The notes under the pieces were generated by a model. It made no database searches, was not told the DNA's origin, and saw nothing but the letters and a program-made list of their open reading frames with translations. Positions 1 through 11,810 of a DNA stretch of 64,000 nucleotides are shown here, in pieces. The number at the start of each line of letters is the position of its first letter. The stretch's first letter is position 1. The stretch is from an uncultured Gemmatimonadales bacterium (GTDB lineage: Bacteria > Gemmatimonadota > Gemmatimonadetes > Longimicrobiales > RSA9): assembly GCA_963708135.1 (NCBI GenBank), contig OY970192.1, positions 1,952,001 to 2,016,000 of the forward strand, in the 5' to 3' direction. Both the position numbers and the translations under genes were made by a program.

Positions 1-152
1 TGGGGCTCGACATTCGCCTGAGCATCGCCGAGCACCTGCACGAGACGCTGGGCGCGGAGCAGTTCCGGCCGCCGGAGCTGCTGCGCCGGCTGGTGGCGGA
101 GGGGAAGCTCGGCAAGAAGACTGGGCGAGGATTCTACACCTGGAGCGAATGA
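1..152 (+). CDS. 3-hydroxyacyl-CoA dehydrogenase, C-terminal end (5' part outside window)
   Basis: Frame 3 reads GLDIRLSIAEHLHETLG...PELLRRLVAEGKLGKKTGRGFYTW*, the typical 3HCDH C-terminal motif (GxLGxKTGxGFY). Its stop overlaps the next ATG (ATGA). Confidence 0.85.
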   Translation, partial: GLDIRLSIAEHLHETLGAEQFRPPELLRRLVAEGKLGKKTGRGFYTWSE

Positions 153-937
153 GCGGCATGGCGTACGACACCGTGCGGGTGGAGGGGCGAGAGGGGGTGG
201 CGGTCGTCACGATCGACCGCCGCGAGAAGCGCAACGCGCTGAACGCCAAGGTGCGCTCGGAGCTGGTTGCGGCGCTGGATGCGCTGAGGGAGGATGACGG
301 CGCGCGGGTGGTGGTGATCACGGGCGCCGGGGAGAAGGCGTTCATTGCGGGGGCGGACGTGGCCGAGTTCGCCGAGCGCGGCCCGATCGAGCAGCGCGCC
401 GCCATGCAGGGGCGCCGGGTGTTCGACGAGGTGGCGGCGTACCCGAAGCCGATCATCGCGATGATCAACGGCTACTGCCTCGGGGGCGGCTGCGAGCTGG
501 CCCTGGCATGCGACGTCCGGGTGGCGGCGCGGTCGGCGCGGCTCGGGCAGCCGGAGATCCGGCTGGGGCTGATTCCGGGCGGCGGCGGGACGCAGCGGCT
601 GCCGCGGCTGGTGGGTTACGGGCAGGCGCTGCGGCTGATCCTGACCGGGGAGATGATCGGGGCGGAGGAGGCGGAGCGGATCGGGCTCGTGGACCTGGTG
701 GTGGACGACGAGACCCTCGCCGAGCGGACGCTCGCCCTCGCCGCCTCGATGGCCGCCCACTCGCCGCTCACCCTTCGGCTCGCCAAGGAGGCGGTGCGCG
801 CGGCGCTGGAGACCCCGCTCGCGGCGGGGCTCGCCCAGGAGCGCGAGCTGTTCGTGACCGCCTTCGCGAGCGAGGACAAGCAGGAGGGCGTGCGCGCGTT
901 CCTCGAGAAGCGCCCGCCCGAGTTCCGGGGCCGCTGA
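149..937 (+). CDS. Enoyl-CoA hydratase/isomerase (crotonase family)
   Basis: AFIAGADV, GGGCELALACD and GQPEIRLGLIPGGGGTQRL motifs. Confidence 0.92.
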   Translation: MSGMAYDTVRVEGREGVAVVTIDRREKRNALNAKVRSELVAALDALREDDGARVVVITGAGEKAFIAGADVAEFAERGPIEQRAAMQGRRVFDEVAAYPKPIIAMINGYCLGGGCELALACDVRVAARSARLGQPEIRLGLIPGGGGTQRLPRLVGYGQALRLILTGEMIGAEEAERIGLVDLVVDDETLAERTLALAASMAAHSPLTLRLAKEAVRAALETPLAAGLAQERELFVTAFASEDKQEGVRAFLEKRPPEFRGR

Positions 938-989
938 CGGCCGCGGCGCGGCTTCGTCCGCCGCGCCGGACGATCCACAGCCGAGCGAG

Positions 990-1253
990 GTGACCATGGC
1001 GCAGAATCCTTTCGGCGACGATCTCCCCACACCTTCGCGGCGAGCGAACCCGTTCGGCGGGGACGCCGGGCGCCAGTCGGTGGAGGAGGCGACGGGGCGG
1101 ATGGAGCACGCGGCGCGGAAGATACGGGCTCTGCGGGTCCAGATCGGAGCGGAGGGGCTGACGCTGCCGGCCACGCGCGAGCTGATCGACGAGGTGGCCT
1201 CGGCGATCGAGGCCGCGGCAAGGGCCCTCAGGGGCCTGGAGGAGGGGACGTGA
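990..1253 (+). CDS. Hypothetical small helical protein with two NPFG motifs
   Basis: Codon usage like its neighbours, GAGG before the ATG, stop coupled to next gene (GTGA). Confidence 0.65.
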   Translation: MTMAQNPFGDDLPTPSRRANPFGGDAGRQSVEEATGRMEHAARKIRALRVQIGAEGLTLPATRELIDEVASAIEAAARALRGLEEGT

Positions 1254-1468
1254 GCCGGCGCGCCGCGCGCACCCTGGCGCTCATCTTCTTCGCCGCGTAC
1301 ACGCTCGCGCTCACCTACCCCGGCTTCGTGCCGTTCAACCGGATCCGCCCGTTCGTCCTGGGACTCCCCTTCTCGTTCTTCTGGGTCGTGCTCTGGGTGG
1401 CCGCCAGCCTGCTGGTGCTCTGGATACTGCACCACGCGGAAACGACGTCCGGCGACGGGGAGGGGTGA
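1250..1468 (+). CDS. Small two-TM membrane protein (DUF3311-like SSS accessory subunit)
   Basis: PFNRIRPFVLGLPFSFFW motif; lies directly upstream of a sodium:solute symporter. Confidence 0.8.
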   Translation: MSRRAARTLALIFFAAYTLALTYPGFVPFNRIRPFVLGLPFSFFWVVLWVAASLLVLWILHHAETTSGDGEG

Positions 1469-2977
1469 GCATGGAACGCTGGGTCGTGGTGACCGCCGTC
1501 GTCTTCGGCTACCTGGGCGCGACGCTCCTCATCGGGCTGCTCGCCGGGCGGCGCACCAGCAAGAGCGTGACCGGCTACGTGGCCGCCGACCGCCAGTTCG
1601 GGCTGCTCGCGATGTACTTCATCGTGGGCGGGACGGTGTTCAGCGCGTTCGCCTTCCTGGGCGGCCCGGGCTGGGCCTACTCCCGCGGCGTGGCCGTGCT
1701 CTACATCCTCACGTACGGCGTGCTCGGGATCGCGCCGTGGTACTTCACGGGGCCGAAGGCCAGCCGCCTCGGCCGCAACCATGGCTTCGTCACGCAGGCC
1801 CAGCTGGTGACGGGCCGCTTTCCCAGCCGCACGCTCTCGCTGCTCTTCGCCCTCATCTCGGTCGCGGCGTTCGTCCCCTACATCATGCTCCAGATGAGCG
1901 GCGCCGGCATCGTGTTCAGCGCCGTCACGGAGGGACACGTCCCGTTCTGGCTCGGCGCGCTGCTGGCCTACGGCGTGGTGGTGCTCTACGTCCTGGTGGG
2001 CGGCGTCTCCGCCGTCGGCTGGACCAACATCTTCGAGGGCATCATCATCGATGACGGTGGCCTGGGCGCTCGGGCTCTACCTGCCCGCCCGCCTGTACGG
2101 CGGCATCGGGCCGATGTTCGAGCGGATCGCCGCCGTGAAGCCACAGATGCTGACCATGCCGGGGCTCGACGCGAGCGGCGCGCCCTGGAGCTGGGGCGCC
2201 TACAGCTCCACCATGCTCTCGTCCGCGATCGGCTTCGTCGTGTGGCCGCACATCTTCATGAAGGCGTTCGCCTCGCGCGACGACCGCACGCTCCGTCGCA
2301 CCGTCGTGCTCTACCCGACCTTCCAGCTCTTCCTCGTGCCGCTCGTGCTCGTCGGCTTCGCCGGCATCCTCTACGGCTCCGCGCCCGACAAGCCGGACTC
2401 GATCATGCCGCACATGGTGCTCACGAGCGGACTCCCGGCCGTGCTGGTAGGCCTCTTCTGCGCGGGCGCGCTGGCCGCGTCGATGTCCACCGGCGACGCG
2501 CTGCTGCACGGCGCCGCGTCGATCGCGGTGGAGGACGGGCTGCGCCCCTTCGTGCACTTCTCCGACCGCCTCCAGACCACGCTCATGCGGGTCCTGGTGC
2601 TCGCCGTCGGCGCGCTCGCCTTCTACCTGGCCATCGTGCAGAAGCGGACGCTCGTCTGGCTGCTCATCACCGCCTACGGACTCATCGACCAGCTCGCGCC
2701 CGCCGTCTACGCCGCCCTCTACTGGCGCCGGGCGACCACGCCAGGCGTGCTGGCAGGGCTCGTGGCCGGCGCCGCCACGAACATCTTCTTCCTGCTCAGG
2801 CCCGAGCTGCGCCCGTTCCAGATCCACGAGGGGATCCTCGGCCTCATGGTCAATGTCGCGCTGCTGGTGGTGGTGAGCCGCGCGACGGCGCCGCAGGAGG
2901 AAGGGCACGTGCGGGAGTTCGTCGAGCCGGTGGAGACGCGGGCGGGGACCGCCGCGCCCGCTCCGGCGGGGCGGTAG
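1465..2977 (+). pseudogene. Sodium:solute symporter family protein with a single +1 frameshift near 2049 (pseudogene or sequencing error)
   Basis: N-half (FSAFAFLGGPGWAYSRG...AVGWTNIFEG) is in frame from 1465; C-half (WPHIFMK, ALAASMSTGDALL) is in the frame of ORF 2051-2977. Removing one C from atcatcatcgatgacg restores IIMMTVAW. Confidence 0.85.
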
Positions 2978-3002
2978 CGGACCGCCGGTCGCCGGGCGGC
3001 GC

Positions 3003-3473
3003 TCAGTCGGCGGCGTCCGCCGTGTGGGACCCGGAGGCGTCGGCTCGCTCGCGGTCGAACTCGTCCTCGGCCTGCGCCGTGGCGACGAGCTCCGCGGCCT
3101 GCTCCCCCTCCACCCGCCGCTCGACGGGCCGGTCGGGCTCCGTCGGCGGGACGCGATGCACCAGGCGCGCGAGCAGGATCCGCTCGGCCCGGATGTCGTG
3201 GCCCAGGTGCACCAGCAGCCGCACCAGGTCGCCGCCACCCCACAACACCACGGCGAAGACAAACGTGCGCGCCGTCTCGCCCAGCAGCACCGGCAACGTG
3301 CCGATGCCCTGGTAGCGGAGCCCCGCCACGAATTCCCCAACCAGCGCAATCGCCAGGAAGATCGCGGCGGCCTTGAACAGCCGCGATACCCACTGCAGCG
3401 CCGTGTAGGGCTCGATATCGGTTTCGCGGACGGCGGCGGCCGCCCGGCGCAGCCTCTGGTCGTCGGTCATCAC
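3003..3473 (-). CDS. Hypothetical two-TM membrane protein
   Basis: Two hydrophobic helices, typical codon usage, AGG-rich upstream site. Confidence 0.7.
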   Translation of the reverse strand: MMTDDQRLRRAAAAVRETDIEPYTALQWVSRLFKAAAIFLAIALVGEFVAGLRYQGIGTLPVLLGETARTFVFAVVLWGGGDLVRLLVHLGHDIRAERILLARLVHRVPPTEPDRPVERRVEGEQAAELVATAQAEDEFDRERADASGSHTADAAD

Positions 3474-3590
3474 CTTGCCTCTCGCGGGTCTACGCGCACG
3501 AGTTGCAGGAAAGAGGCCAACCGCGCCGCGCGCCCGCGCGCCCGCGCCCGCCCCGGTGCCGCCGCGAATCGATCTGCCGCAACGGAGGAA

Positions 3591-3615
3591 GCCCGGTCCA
3601 CGGCGTGGACCGGGC
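3591..3615 (-). terminator. Probable terminator hairpin after rplU-rpmA
   Basis: 11-bp stem gcccggtccac/gtggaccgggc followed on the minus strand by TTCCTCCGTT. Confidence 0.55.
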
Positions 3616-3649
3616 CTCCAGAATTCTGGTCGGGACGCCGGGTGCCGCC

Positions 3650-3907
3650 TCAGGCCTCCGGGTACACCGAGATCTGCTGCCGGTCGCGCCCCTTGCGCTC
3701 GAACCTGACCACGCCGTCGATCAGCGCGAAAAGTGTGTCATCGCTGCCCCTGCCGACGTTGCGGCCCGGGTGGAACCTGGTGCCGCGCTGCCGCACGAGG
3801 ATGTTGCCGGCGAGCACGGCCTGCCCGCCGAAGCGCTTCACACCGAGGCGCTGCGCGTTGGAATCGCGGCCGTTCCGGCTGGAGCCGACCCCCTTCTTGT
3901 GTGCCAT
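3650..3907 (-). CDS. rpmA: 50S ribosomal protein L27
   Basis: [29 protein letters not shown] upstream of the ATG. Confidence 0.98.
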   Translation of the reverse strand: MAHKKGVGSSRNGRDSNAQRLGVKRFGGQAVLAGNILVRQRGTRFHPGRNVGRGSDDTLFALIDGVVRFERKGRDRQQISVYPEA

Positions 3908-3915
3908 TCTCCTCC

Positions 3916-4230
3916 TCAGCCGAGACGGATCTCGTCGATCCGGACTTCCGTGTACTTCTGGCGGTGTCCCGTCTTGCGACGGTAGTTCTTGCGTCGCTTC
4001 CACTTGAACACGATCAGCTTCTCGCCCTTCACGTGCGCGACGACCTCGCCCGCGACGACAGCGCCTGCGACGGTCGGCGAGCCGACCTGCACGCCATCGT
4101 CGGTCGCGGCGACGAGGACCTCCTCGAAGGTGACGGCGTCGCCGACCTCGGCCTGCAGGGTGGGCACGCGGATGGTGCGTCCGGGCTCGGCGCGGAACTG
4201 CTTGTCGCCGCTGCGAATGATGGCGTACAT
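3916..4230 (-). CDS. rplU: 50S ribosomal protein L21
   Basis: [12 protein letters not shown]...[17 protein letters not shown]. Confidence 0.98.
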   Translation of the reverse strand: MYAIIRSGDKQFRAEPGRTIRVPTLQAEVGDAVTFEEVLVAATDDGVQVGSPTVAGAVVAGEVVAHVKGEKLIVFKWKRRKNYRRKTGHRQKYTEVRIDEIRLG

Positions 4231-4263
4231 GGGCCCCTGAGTTCGGTTGCGGTACAGATCTGT

Positions 4264-4292
4264 AATTTGTTCTCGGCCGCTGGTAGTGTCAA
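4264..4292 (-). promoter_or_regulatory. Putative sigma70 promoter of rplU-rpmA
   Basis: Minus strand TTGACA-N17-CAAATT. Confidence 0.6.
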
Positions 4293-4341
4293 GGTCCCGG
4301 GACGCGCGGCGCGAGGCGGCTTCCGGGCCTTGGCGTTCCGG

Positions 4342-5871
4342 TCAGCCCAGAGCGTACCTGGATGTCACATCGGTGTCGGCGGGGCCCTGGAGCAGGCGGT
4401 ACTCGTCCTGGCGCATGAGGGGGTCGTCGCGGACGTCCACGTCGAGCTTGTGCTGGCGCTGGAGGCGGCGCATGAATTCGGGTTCCTCCTCGAGGATGTG
4501 GAGGGCGACCTGGGGGTGGACGCGGATGGTGAGGCGCTTCTCCGCGCCATCGGCGCCGGCGCGGCGAACGGCGCGCTCGATGCGACGGATGACGGTCTCG
4601 GGGGTGAAGACGCGGCCGGTGCCGCCGCAGTGGGCACAGGGCTCGGTGAGGCTGTAGAAGAGGGAAGGCCGGACGCGCTGGCGGGTCATCTCGACGAGGC
4701 CGAGCTCGGAGACCTGGAAGGCGCGGGTGCGGGCGCGGTCGCGGCTGAGGTGTTGGCGGAGCTCCTGGAGGACGCGATCCTGGTTGGCGCGCGTCTCCAT
4801 GTCGATGAAGTCGCAGACGATGATGCCACCGATGTCGCGGAGCCGGAGCTGACGGGCGATCTCGCGGGCGGCGTCGACGTTGGTCTTGAGGATGGTCTTC
4901 TCGGGGTCCTTCTTGCCGGTGTAGCGGCCGGTGTTGACATCAATGGAGACGAGGGCCTCGGTCGGCTCGATGATGATGTAGCCGCCGGAGGGCAGCTCGA
5001 CGCGGCGCTGGAATGCCTCACGGATGGCGTCCTCGACGCCGTACCTGTCGAAGAGCGGCTGGGACTCGTCGTAGAGGTGGACGCGGTCGAGCAGGTCGGG
5101 ATCCACGCCCTGGAGGTACTGCTTGACCTCGCCGAAGACCTCCCTGCTGTCGATGGTGAGGCGATCGACCTTCTCGGTGAAGACGTCGCGGATGATGCCG
5201 CTGGTGAGCTTGGCCTCGCGGTGGATGAGCGCGGGCGGGCGAGCCCCCTTGGCGCGGCGCTGGATCTTCTTCCAGGTGCCGACGAGGGTAGAGAACTCGC
5301 GCTCGAAGATGTCGCGGGTGAGCTCCTCCCCCACGGTGCGGATGATGACGCCGCCGCTGCCGTCCGGCACGACCTCGCGGGCGAGGGCGCGGAGGCGGGC
5401 GCGCTCCTCGCGGTCGCCGATCTTGCGGCTGACGCCGATGTGGTGGGAGCCGGGCATGTAGACGAGGAAGCGGCCGGGCAGCGAGATGTGGCTGGTGACG
5501 CGGGGGCCCTTGGTGCTGATGGGCTCCTTGGTGACCTGGACGATGAGGCGCTCGCCCTTCTGGATCAGGTCCTGGATGGGGGGGTAGCCGCGGGCGCTGT
5601 CGTCGCGGTCGTCGTCCTCGTCGTCATCCTCCTCCTCGTCCTCCCTGGCGACGTCGGAGACGTGCAGGAAGGCCGCCTTCTCGGTGCCGATCTCCACGAA
5701 GGCGGCCTGGATGCCGGGAAGGACGGCCTGAACCTGGCCGAGGTAAATGTCACCGACCAGACGCTCGGCGTCGGGCCGATCGACCATGACCTCGACGAGG
5801 CTGTCGTCCTCCAGGATGGCCACGCGCGTCTCCTGCGCCGCGGCCGAAATCAGAATCTCTCTTTTCATCAC
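4342..5871 (-). CDS. Rne/Rng family ribonuclease (RNase G-sized)
   Basis: S1 domain (GIQAAFVEIG), DVNTG, RLRDIGGIIVCDFIDM, CxxCxG Zn link. Confidence 0.95.
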   Translation of the reverse strand: MMKREILISAAAQETRVAILEDDSLVEVMVDRPDAERLVGDIYLGQVQAVLPGIQAAFVEIGTEKAAFLHVSDVAREDEEEDDDEDDDRDDSARGYPPIQDLIQKGERLIVQVTKEPISTKGPRVTSHISLPGRFLVYMPGSHHIGVSRKIGDREERARLRALAREVVPDGSGGVIIRTVGEELTRDIFEREFSTLVGTWKKIQRRAKGARPPALIHREAKLTSGIIRDVFTEKVDRLTIDSREVFGEVKQYLQGVDPDLLDRVHLYDESQPLFDRYGVEDAIREAFQRRVELPSGGYIIIEPTEALVSIDVNTGRYTGKKDPEKTILKTNVDAAREIARQLRLRDIGGIIVCDFIDMETRANQDRVLQELRQHLSRDRARTRAFQVSELGLVEMTRQRVRPSLFYSLTEPCAHCGGTGRVFTPETVIRRIERAVRRAGADGAEKRLTIRVHPQVALHILEEEPEFMRRLQRQHKLDVDVRDDPLMRQDEYRLLQGPADTDVTSRYALG

Positions 5872-5898
5872 CCGTCCGAACGGACCCGGCGCGGAGCT

Positions 5899-7122
5899 TC
5901 ACACGGCGTCGCCGCCGAGATCGCGGAAGAGGTGGCGGGCGATGACGAGCTTCTGGATCTCGCTGGTGCCCTCACCGATCTCGCAGATCTTGGCGTCGCG
6001 CATCATGCGCTCGACCGGGTATTCCGTGGTATAGCCGTCGGCGCCCAGGAGCTGCACGGCGCGCGTCGTCGTTCGCATGGCCACCTCACTGGCGTAGAGC
6101 TTGGCCATGGACGCCTCCGGCCCGTAGGGCAGGTCCCTGCCCTTGAGCCAGGCGGCGTGATAGACGAGGTGCCGCGCCGCAGCCACCTCCGTGGCGATCT
6201 CGGCAAGGCTGAACTGGACTGCTTCCCGATCCATCATTGGACGACCGGCGCGAGCATGGGTGCCCGCGTAACGCACGGCCGTCTCGAAAGCTCCCTGCGC
6301 GAGGCCGAGGGCGAGGGCTCCCACGCCGATCCGTCCCGCGTCCAGCGTCTTCATGAAGTTGACGAAGCCGCGCCCTTCCTCTCCGAGCCGGTTCTCCACC
6401 GGCACCACCGCGTCATCGAGCAGCAGCTCGCGGGTGTCGGAGGCGCGCCACCCCATCTTGTCTTCCTTCTTCCCCGCGCGGACGCCGGGCGTGAAGGGCT
6501 CGAGCTCCGCCGCGTGGCCGACGCCGACGCGGTCCGCGGCGGCGCGGTCCACGTTCTCCTTGGTGACGATGAAGCTCGTGATGCCACGGGCTCCCGCCTT
6601 CCGGTCGGTCACCGCGGTAACCACGAAGATCTCGCCCACGCCGGCGTGCGTGATGAAGATCTTGCTGCCGGTGATGCGGTAGCTCCCGTTAGAGCGGACC
6701 GCCGTAGTGCGCGTGCCCGCGGAGTCGGAGCCCGCCCCGGGCTCCGTCAGCCCGAAGCCGCCCAGCACCGCGCCGCGGGCGAGCAGCGGCACGAAGCGCT
6801 CCTTCTGTGCGGCCGTGCCGAAGTTCACGATGGGCGACATGGCGAGGGTGGAATGCGCACTCACGGTGATCGCGTGACTGGCATCCACCCGGGCCAGCTC
6901 CTCGACGGCGAGGATGTAGCTCAGGTAATCGAGGCCGAGGCCGCCGAGCTCGCGTGGGACATTGACACCGAAGAGGCCCATGTCGGCCATCTTGCGGACG
7001 TTCTCCCAGGGGAAGCGGCTGTCCTCGTCCAGCTCGCGGGCGACGGGGGCGATCTCCGCCTCCGCGAAGGCGCGGATCCGCTCCCTGAGCTCCCGGTGCT
7101 GCTCGGTCAGATATGGATCCAT
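5899..7122 (-). CDS. Acyl-CoA dehydrogenase
   Basis: LTEPGAGSD, GSKIFIT, KMGWRAS, RDAKICEIGEGTSEIQ. Confidence 0.95.
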   Translation of the reverse strand: MDPYLTEQHRELRERIRAFAEAEIAPVARELDEDSRFPWENVRKMADMGLFGVNVPRELGGLGLDYLSYILAVEELARVDASHAITVSAHSTLAMSPIVNFGTAAQKERFVPLLARGAVLGGFGLTEPGAGSDSAGTRTTAVRSNGSYRITGSKIFITHAGVGEIFVVTAVTDRKAGARGITSFIVTKENVDRAAADRVGVGHAAELEPFTPGVRAGKKEDKMGWRASDTRELLLDDAVVPVENRLGEEGRGFVNFMKTLDAGRIGVGALALGLAQGAFETAVRYAGTHARAGRPMMDREAVQFSLAEIATEVAAARHLVYHAAWLKGRDLPYGPEASMAKLYASEVAMRTTTRAVQLLGADGYTTEYPVERMMRDAKICEIGEGTSEIQKLVIARHLFRDLGGDAV

Positions 7123-7337
7123 TTGAGGCTCCCGGGTCCAGCGCTACGAAACTGGGTAATTTATTGAGATTGCCCCATCTCCGAAAGGGGCCGGATGCCA
7201 CTGCGGGGCGCGGAATCGAGCCGGTTTCGCACTCGGTGGACCGGCTGGGCGCGGCCGGTTTGAGGCGGAATTGACGCTCCGGCCCGGGGAGCCGCTGCGG
7301 CAACCGGGGGCGTCGGGATGGCGGCGGTTCGCGCCGT

Positions 7338-9191
<1,854 letters not shown>

Positions 9192-9427
9192 GGATCCACG
9201 GTGCGTCGCGGGCCGGGGCGTCGCCATGGCGGGATGGGCCGATGCGGCCGCCGCCGCTGGCCCCATGCGCCGCCGGCGATGCCGCTGGATTCATCGCGCG
9301 AATCATCTCTCGCAGAGGCGCAGCGGAGCGCGGAGACGCGGAAATCCCGAGAGAGGGGGCGAGAATTGACGCACGCCGGCGGCATCGGCGCGCGACGTCG
9401 CCCTGTGGGGGAGCAAGCGCGCCGGCC

Positions 9428-11599
9428 TCAGTGGCGGGGGTGCGTGCGGAAGTGCTCGGCGACGATCGACGGCTGCTCGACCACGCGCTTCTCGCCCGCA
9501 TCGACGACGAGGCGCACGAACTGGCCCATGCTCCAGACGAGCGGCGTGGCGCTCCCGGTGCCCTCGCCGAAGATGAAGCCGATGCGTGTGGGATTCGCGC
9601 GGTCCCACACCTGCTCGGGGATCATGCCGCCGTCGTTGGCGAAGCCGAACATCGCGTTCAGGTAGGGGGCGGGATCCCCGCCCGCGGCGATCTCGTACTC
9701 GCCCCGCTCACCGGCGAAGATCGGCCACAGCCGGCCCACGCCCGCGCCCTGCCAGGGGCCGCCGTAGAACGTCTCGCCGTAGCCGTCGTGGTCGTAGCGG
9801 TAGAAGTCGGGGCCGCTGGGCGTTTCGACCCGGATGGTGGTGTCGATGACGCGGAGCGAGCGCATGATGGTGGAGTCGAGCGCCGGCCTGATCCCGAGAC
9901 GGACGAGCTCGATGAACCCCTGGTCCACGATATCGCGCTCGTCCCAGGTGCCGCCGCCGTTGTGCACGTCGAGTCGGTAGCCGTCGTTGGGGTCGGTGTC
10001 GTCGTCGATGCGCATGTAGTAGCCGCGCGAGGCGAGCGGCCCGCCCAGGTGCCCGGTCGTCGTGACCATCCAGCTCTCCAGGTGGGCCGCCCAGTCGTCG
10101 GCGGCCCGGAGGTAGCGGCGCGCATCCGCTGGCACGCCGTTCTGGCGGGCGACGGCCGCGGCGCAGACGAGCCCGGCGATCTCGGCGGCGATGGTCGAGG
10201 GCGAGTAGCCGGGCACCTCCTCCCAGCGCTCCTGCTGGGTGGCGGGCCCGTGGGCGAGCACGTACTCGGCCGCGGGCCGGAGGTGCTTCTCCCAGGTGGC
10301 GCGGTCGGTGACGCCGAGCTGCCAGGCCAGGACGATCGGATATGCCTGCTCGTCCATCTGGATGGACGGCCAGTAGGGGCGGCCATCGAGCCAGCTGTTC
10401 TGCGGGAACGTGCCATCCGCGCGCTGCTGGACATCGAACAGGTACCTGAGCGCGCGGCGGGGCGTGGCGCTGTCGCCGGCCACCATGAGGGAGGTGGCGG
10501 CTTCGTAGAGGTCGCGCGCCCAGACGAGGTGGTAGCCACCCACGTTGGGGGTGTCCGCCGGCACGGCGTAGCCCCAGGGCACGCTCATGGACGCGATGAT
10601 GGCGCCGGGATAGGTCTTGTCCTCGTGGGCGCGGACGACCATCGCGGCGAGGGCGAACTCGTGCTCGTAGCGGGGGTCCACGTGGCGGAGTCCCGACAGG
10701 TAGCGGCCCCAGCCGGCTGCGTATGCGGCACGGGCGGCCTCGAAGCCGCCGCGGAGGCTGGCGCGAGCGGCCGCAATGGCGGCGGCGGGTGCGTCGCCGA
10801 AGGCGAGGGCGAGGGTGAAGTGCTGGGGATGGGCGATCCGCGCCACCTGCACGACGTTCCCGCTCGCGGCCGTCGCGTAGCGCCACGTCAGCCGGTGGTG
10901 GAGGAGGAGGTCGGTGTAGCCGTCGTTCACGCCGGCGTAGCCGTTGGAGGTCTCGGCGAACCCGTCGCTCGAGAGAAGGGCCGAGGCGACGTCGCCCTTC
11001 CGCGCCACCAGCGCGCCGTCCTCGATCGTGCCCGTGTTGCCGTACCCGGCGTTGGCGAGCGCGGGGTGATAGAGCACGTACAGCGAGGCGCCGGGCGGTC
11101 CGGAGAATGTCACGTCGAGGAGGAGAGTGCTCCGGGCGGGATCGGTCACGTAGGTCTTCGTGATCGTGAAGCGGCCGGCCGAATCGGTGCTGGTCTGGCG
11201 GAAGATCAGCGCGTGCTCGTCAACCTGCCGGATCTCGTGGCGCATGTCGCTCGACTCGATCCAGACCCGCCCCGCCTCGCCGACGGCGAGCTCCAGCCCG
11301 TGGACGTTCGCCACATCGACGCGCGGGTAGTAGACCTCGGTAAGCACGCCGCCCTGGAGGGTGAACCAGACCTTCGAGCTCGTGCTCAGGGACGTGCCGA
11401 TGCCGTCCTTGCTGGCCGGCGTCCAGGCGGGCAGCTCGCCCGGACCGCCCGGCGCCACCTGCGCACCAAGGGCGGCAGGTCCGGCGAGAAGGAGGGCGAG
11501 CGCGAGAGAAGGCATCCCGGCACGCCGCGCCCCCGTGAAGCGGACCGCGCCCGCGAGAACGGCCCACCGCCATTGCCGCAGCACGTCGATCATGGGCAC
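9428..11599 (-). CDS. Secreted GH15 glucoamylase/glucodextranase
   Basis: Signal-peptide-like N-terminus, KDGIGT..SKVWFT N-domain, GYHLVWARD, QERWEE, IPEQVWD, SATPLVWS. Confidence 0.92.
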   Translation of the reverse strand: MPMIDVLRQWRWAVLAGAVRFTGARRAGMPSLALALLLAGPAALGAQVAPGGPGELPAWTPASKDGIGTSLSTSSKVWFTLQGGVLTEVYYPRVDVANVHGLELAVGEAGRVWIESSDMRHEIRQVDEHALIFRQTSTDSAGRFTITKTYVTDPARSTLLLDVTFSGPPGASLYVLYHPALANAGYGNTGTIEDGALVARKGDVASALLSSDGFAETSNGYAGVNDGYTDLLLHHRLTWRYATAASGNVVQVARIAHPQHFTLALAFGDAPAAAIAAARASLRGGFEAARAAYAAGWGRYLSGLRHVDPRYEHEFALAAMVVRAHEDKTYPGAIIASMSVPWGYAVPADTPNVGGYHLVWARDLYEAATSLMVAGDSATPRRALRYLFDVQQRADGTFPQNSWLDGRPYWPSIQMDEQAYPIVLAWQLGVTDRATWEKHLRPAAEYVLAHGPATQQERWEEVPGYSPSTIAAEIAGLVCAAAVARQNGVPADARRYLRAADDWAAHLESWMVTTTGHLGGPLASRGYYMRIDDDTDPNDGYRLDVHNGGGTWDERDIVDQGFIELVRLGIRPALDSTIMRSLRVIDTTIRVETPSGPDFYRYDHDGYGETFYGGPWQGAGVGRLWPIFAGERGEYEIAAGGDPAPYLNAMFGFANDGGMIPEQVWDRANPTRIGFIFGEGTGSATPLVWSMGQFVRLVVDAGEKRVVEQPSIVAEHFRTHPRH

Positions 11600-11615
11600 A
11601 ACCCTTTTCGGTCGG

Positions 11616-11810
11616 TCAGGAGCGTCGCGAACTCACGACGCGGAGCACGAGCCCGAGGGCGAGCACGACGATGGCGGCGAGCACGGCCGCATCGCGCCCG
11701 GTGAAGATGCCGAACAACGCGACGGCCCCGCCGACGGTGAAGAGCGCGACTTTCCAAAGCAAGTACGGATCGGGCCCGCGCTGCTCGCGCGACGGGCGGA
11801 ACAGGCCCAT
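11616..11810 (-). CDS. Hypothetical small membrane protein
   Basis: Two hydrophobic segments; start overlaps the stop of the upstream gene. Confidence 0.6.
   Translation of the reverse strand: MGLFRPSREQRGPDPYLLWKVALFTVGGAVALFGIFTGRDAAVLAAIVVLALGLVLRVVSSRRS

Noticed and set aside
3733..7167. Very long opposite-strand ORFs (e.g. 3733-7167, 24304-27144, 46816-50346, 57898-61608)
   Set aside because: Antisense shadows of real genes in high-GC DNA, with no recognisable motifs. The HicA-like stretch within 46816-47035 is reported separately.
9300..9360. cgcagaggcgcagcggagcgcggagacgcgga purine-rich repeat-like tract
   Set aside because: Single short degenerate occurrence; it cannot be established as an element from this window.
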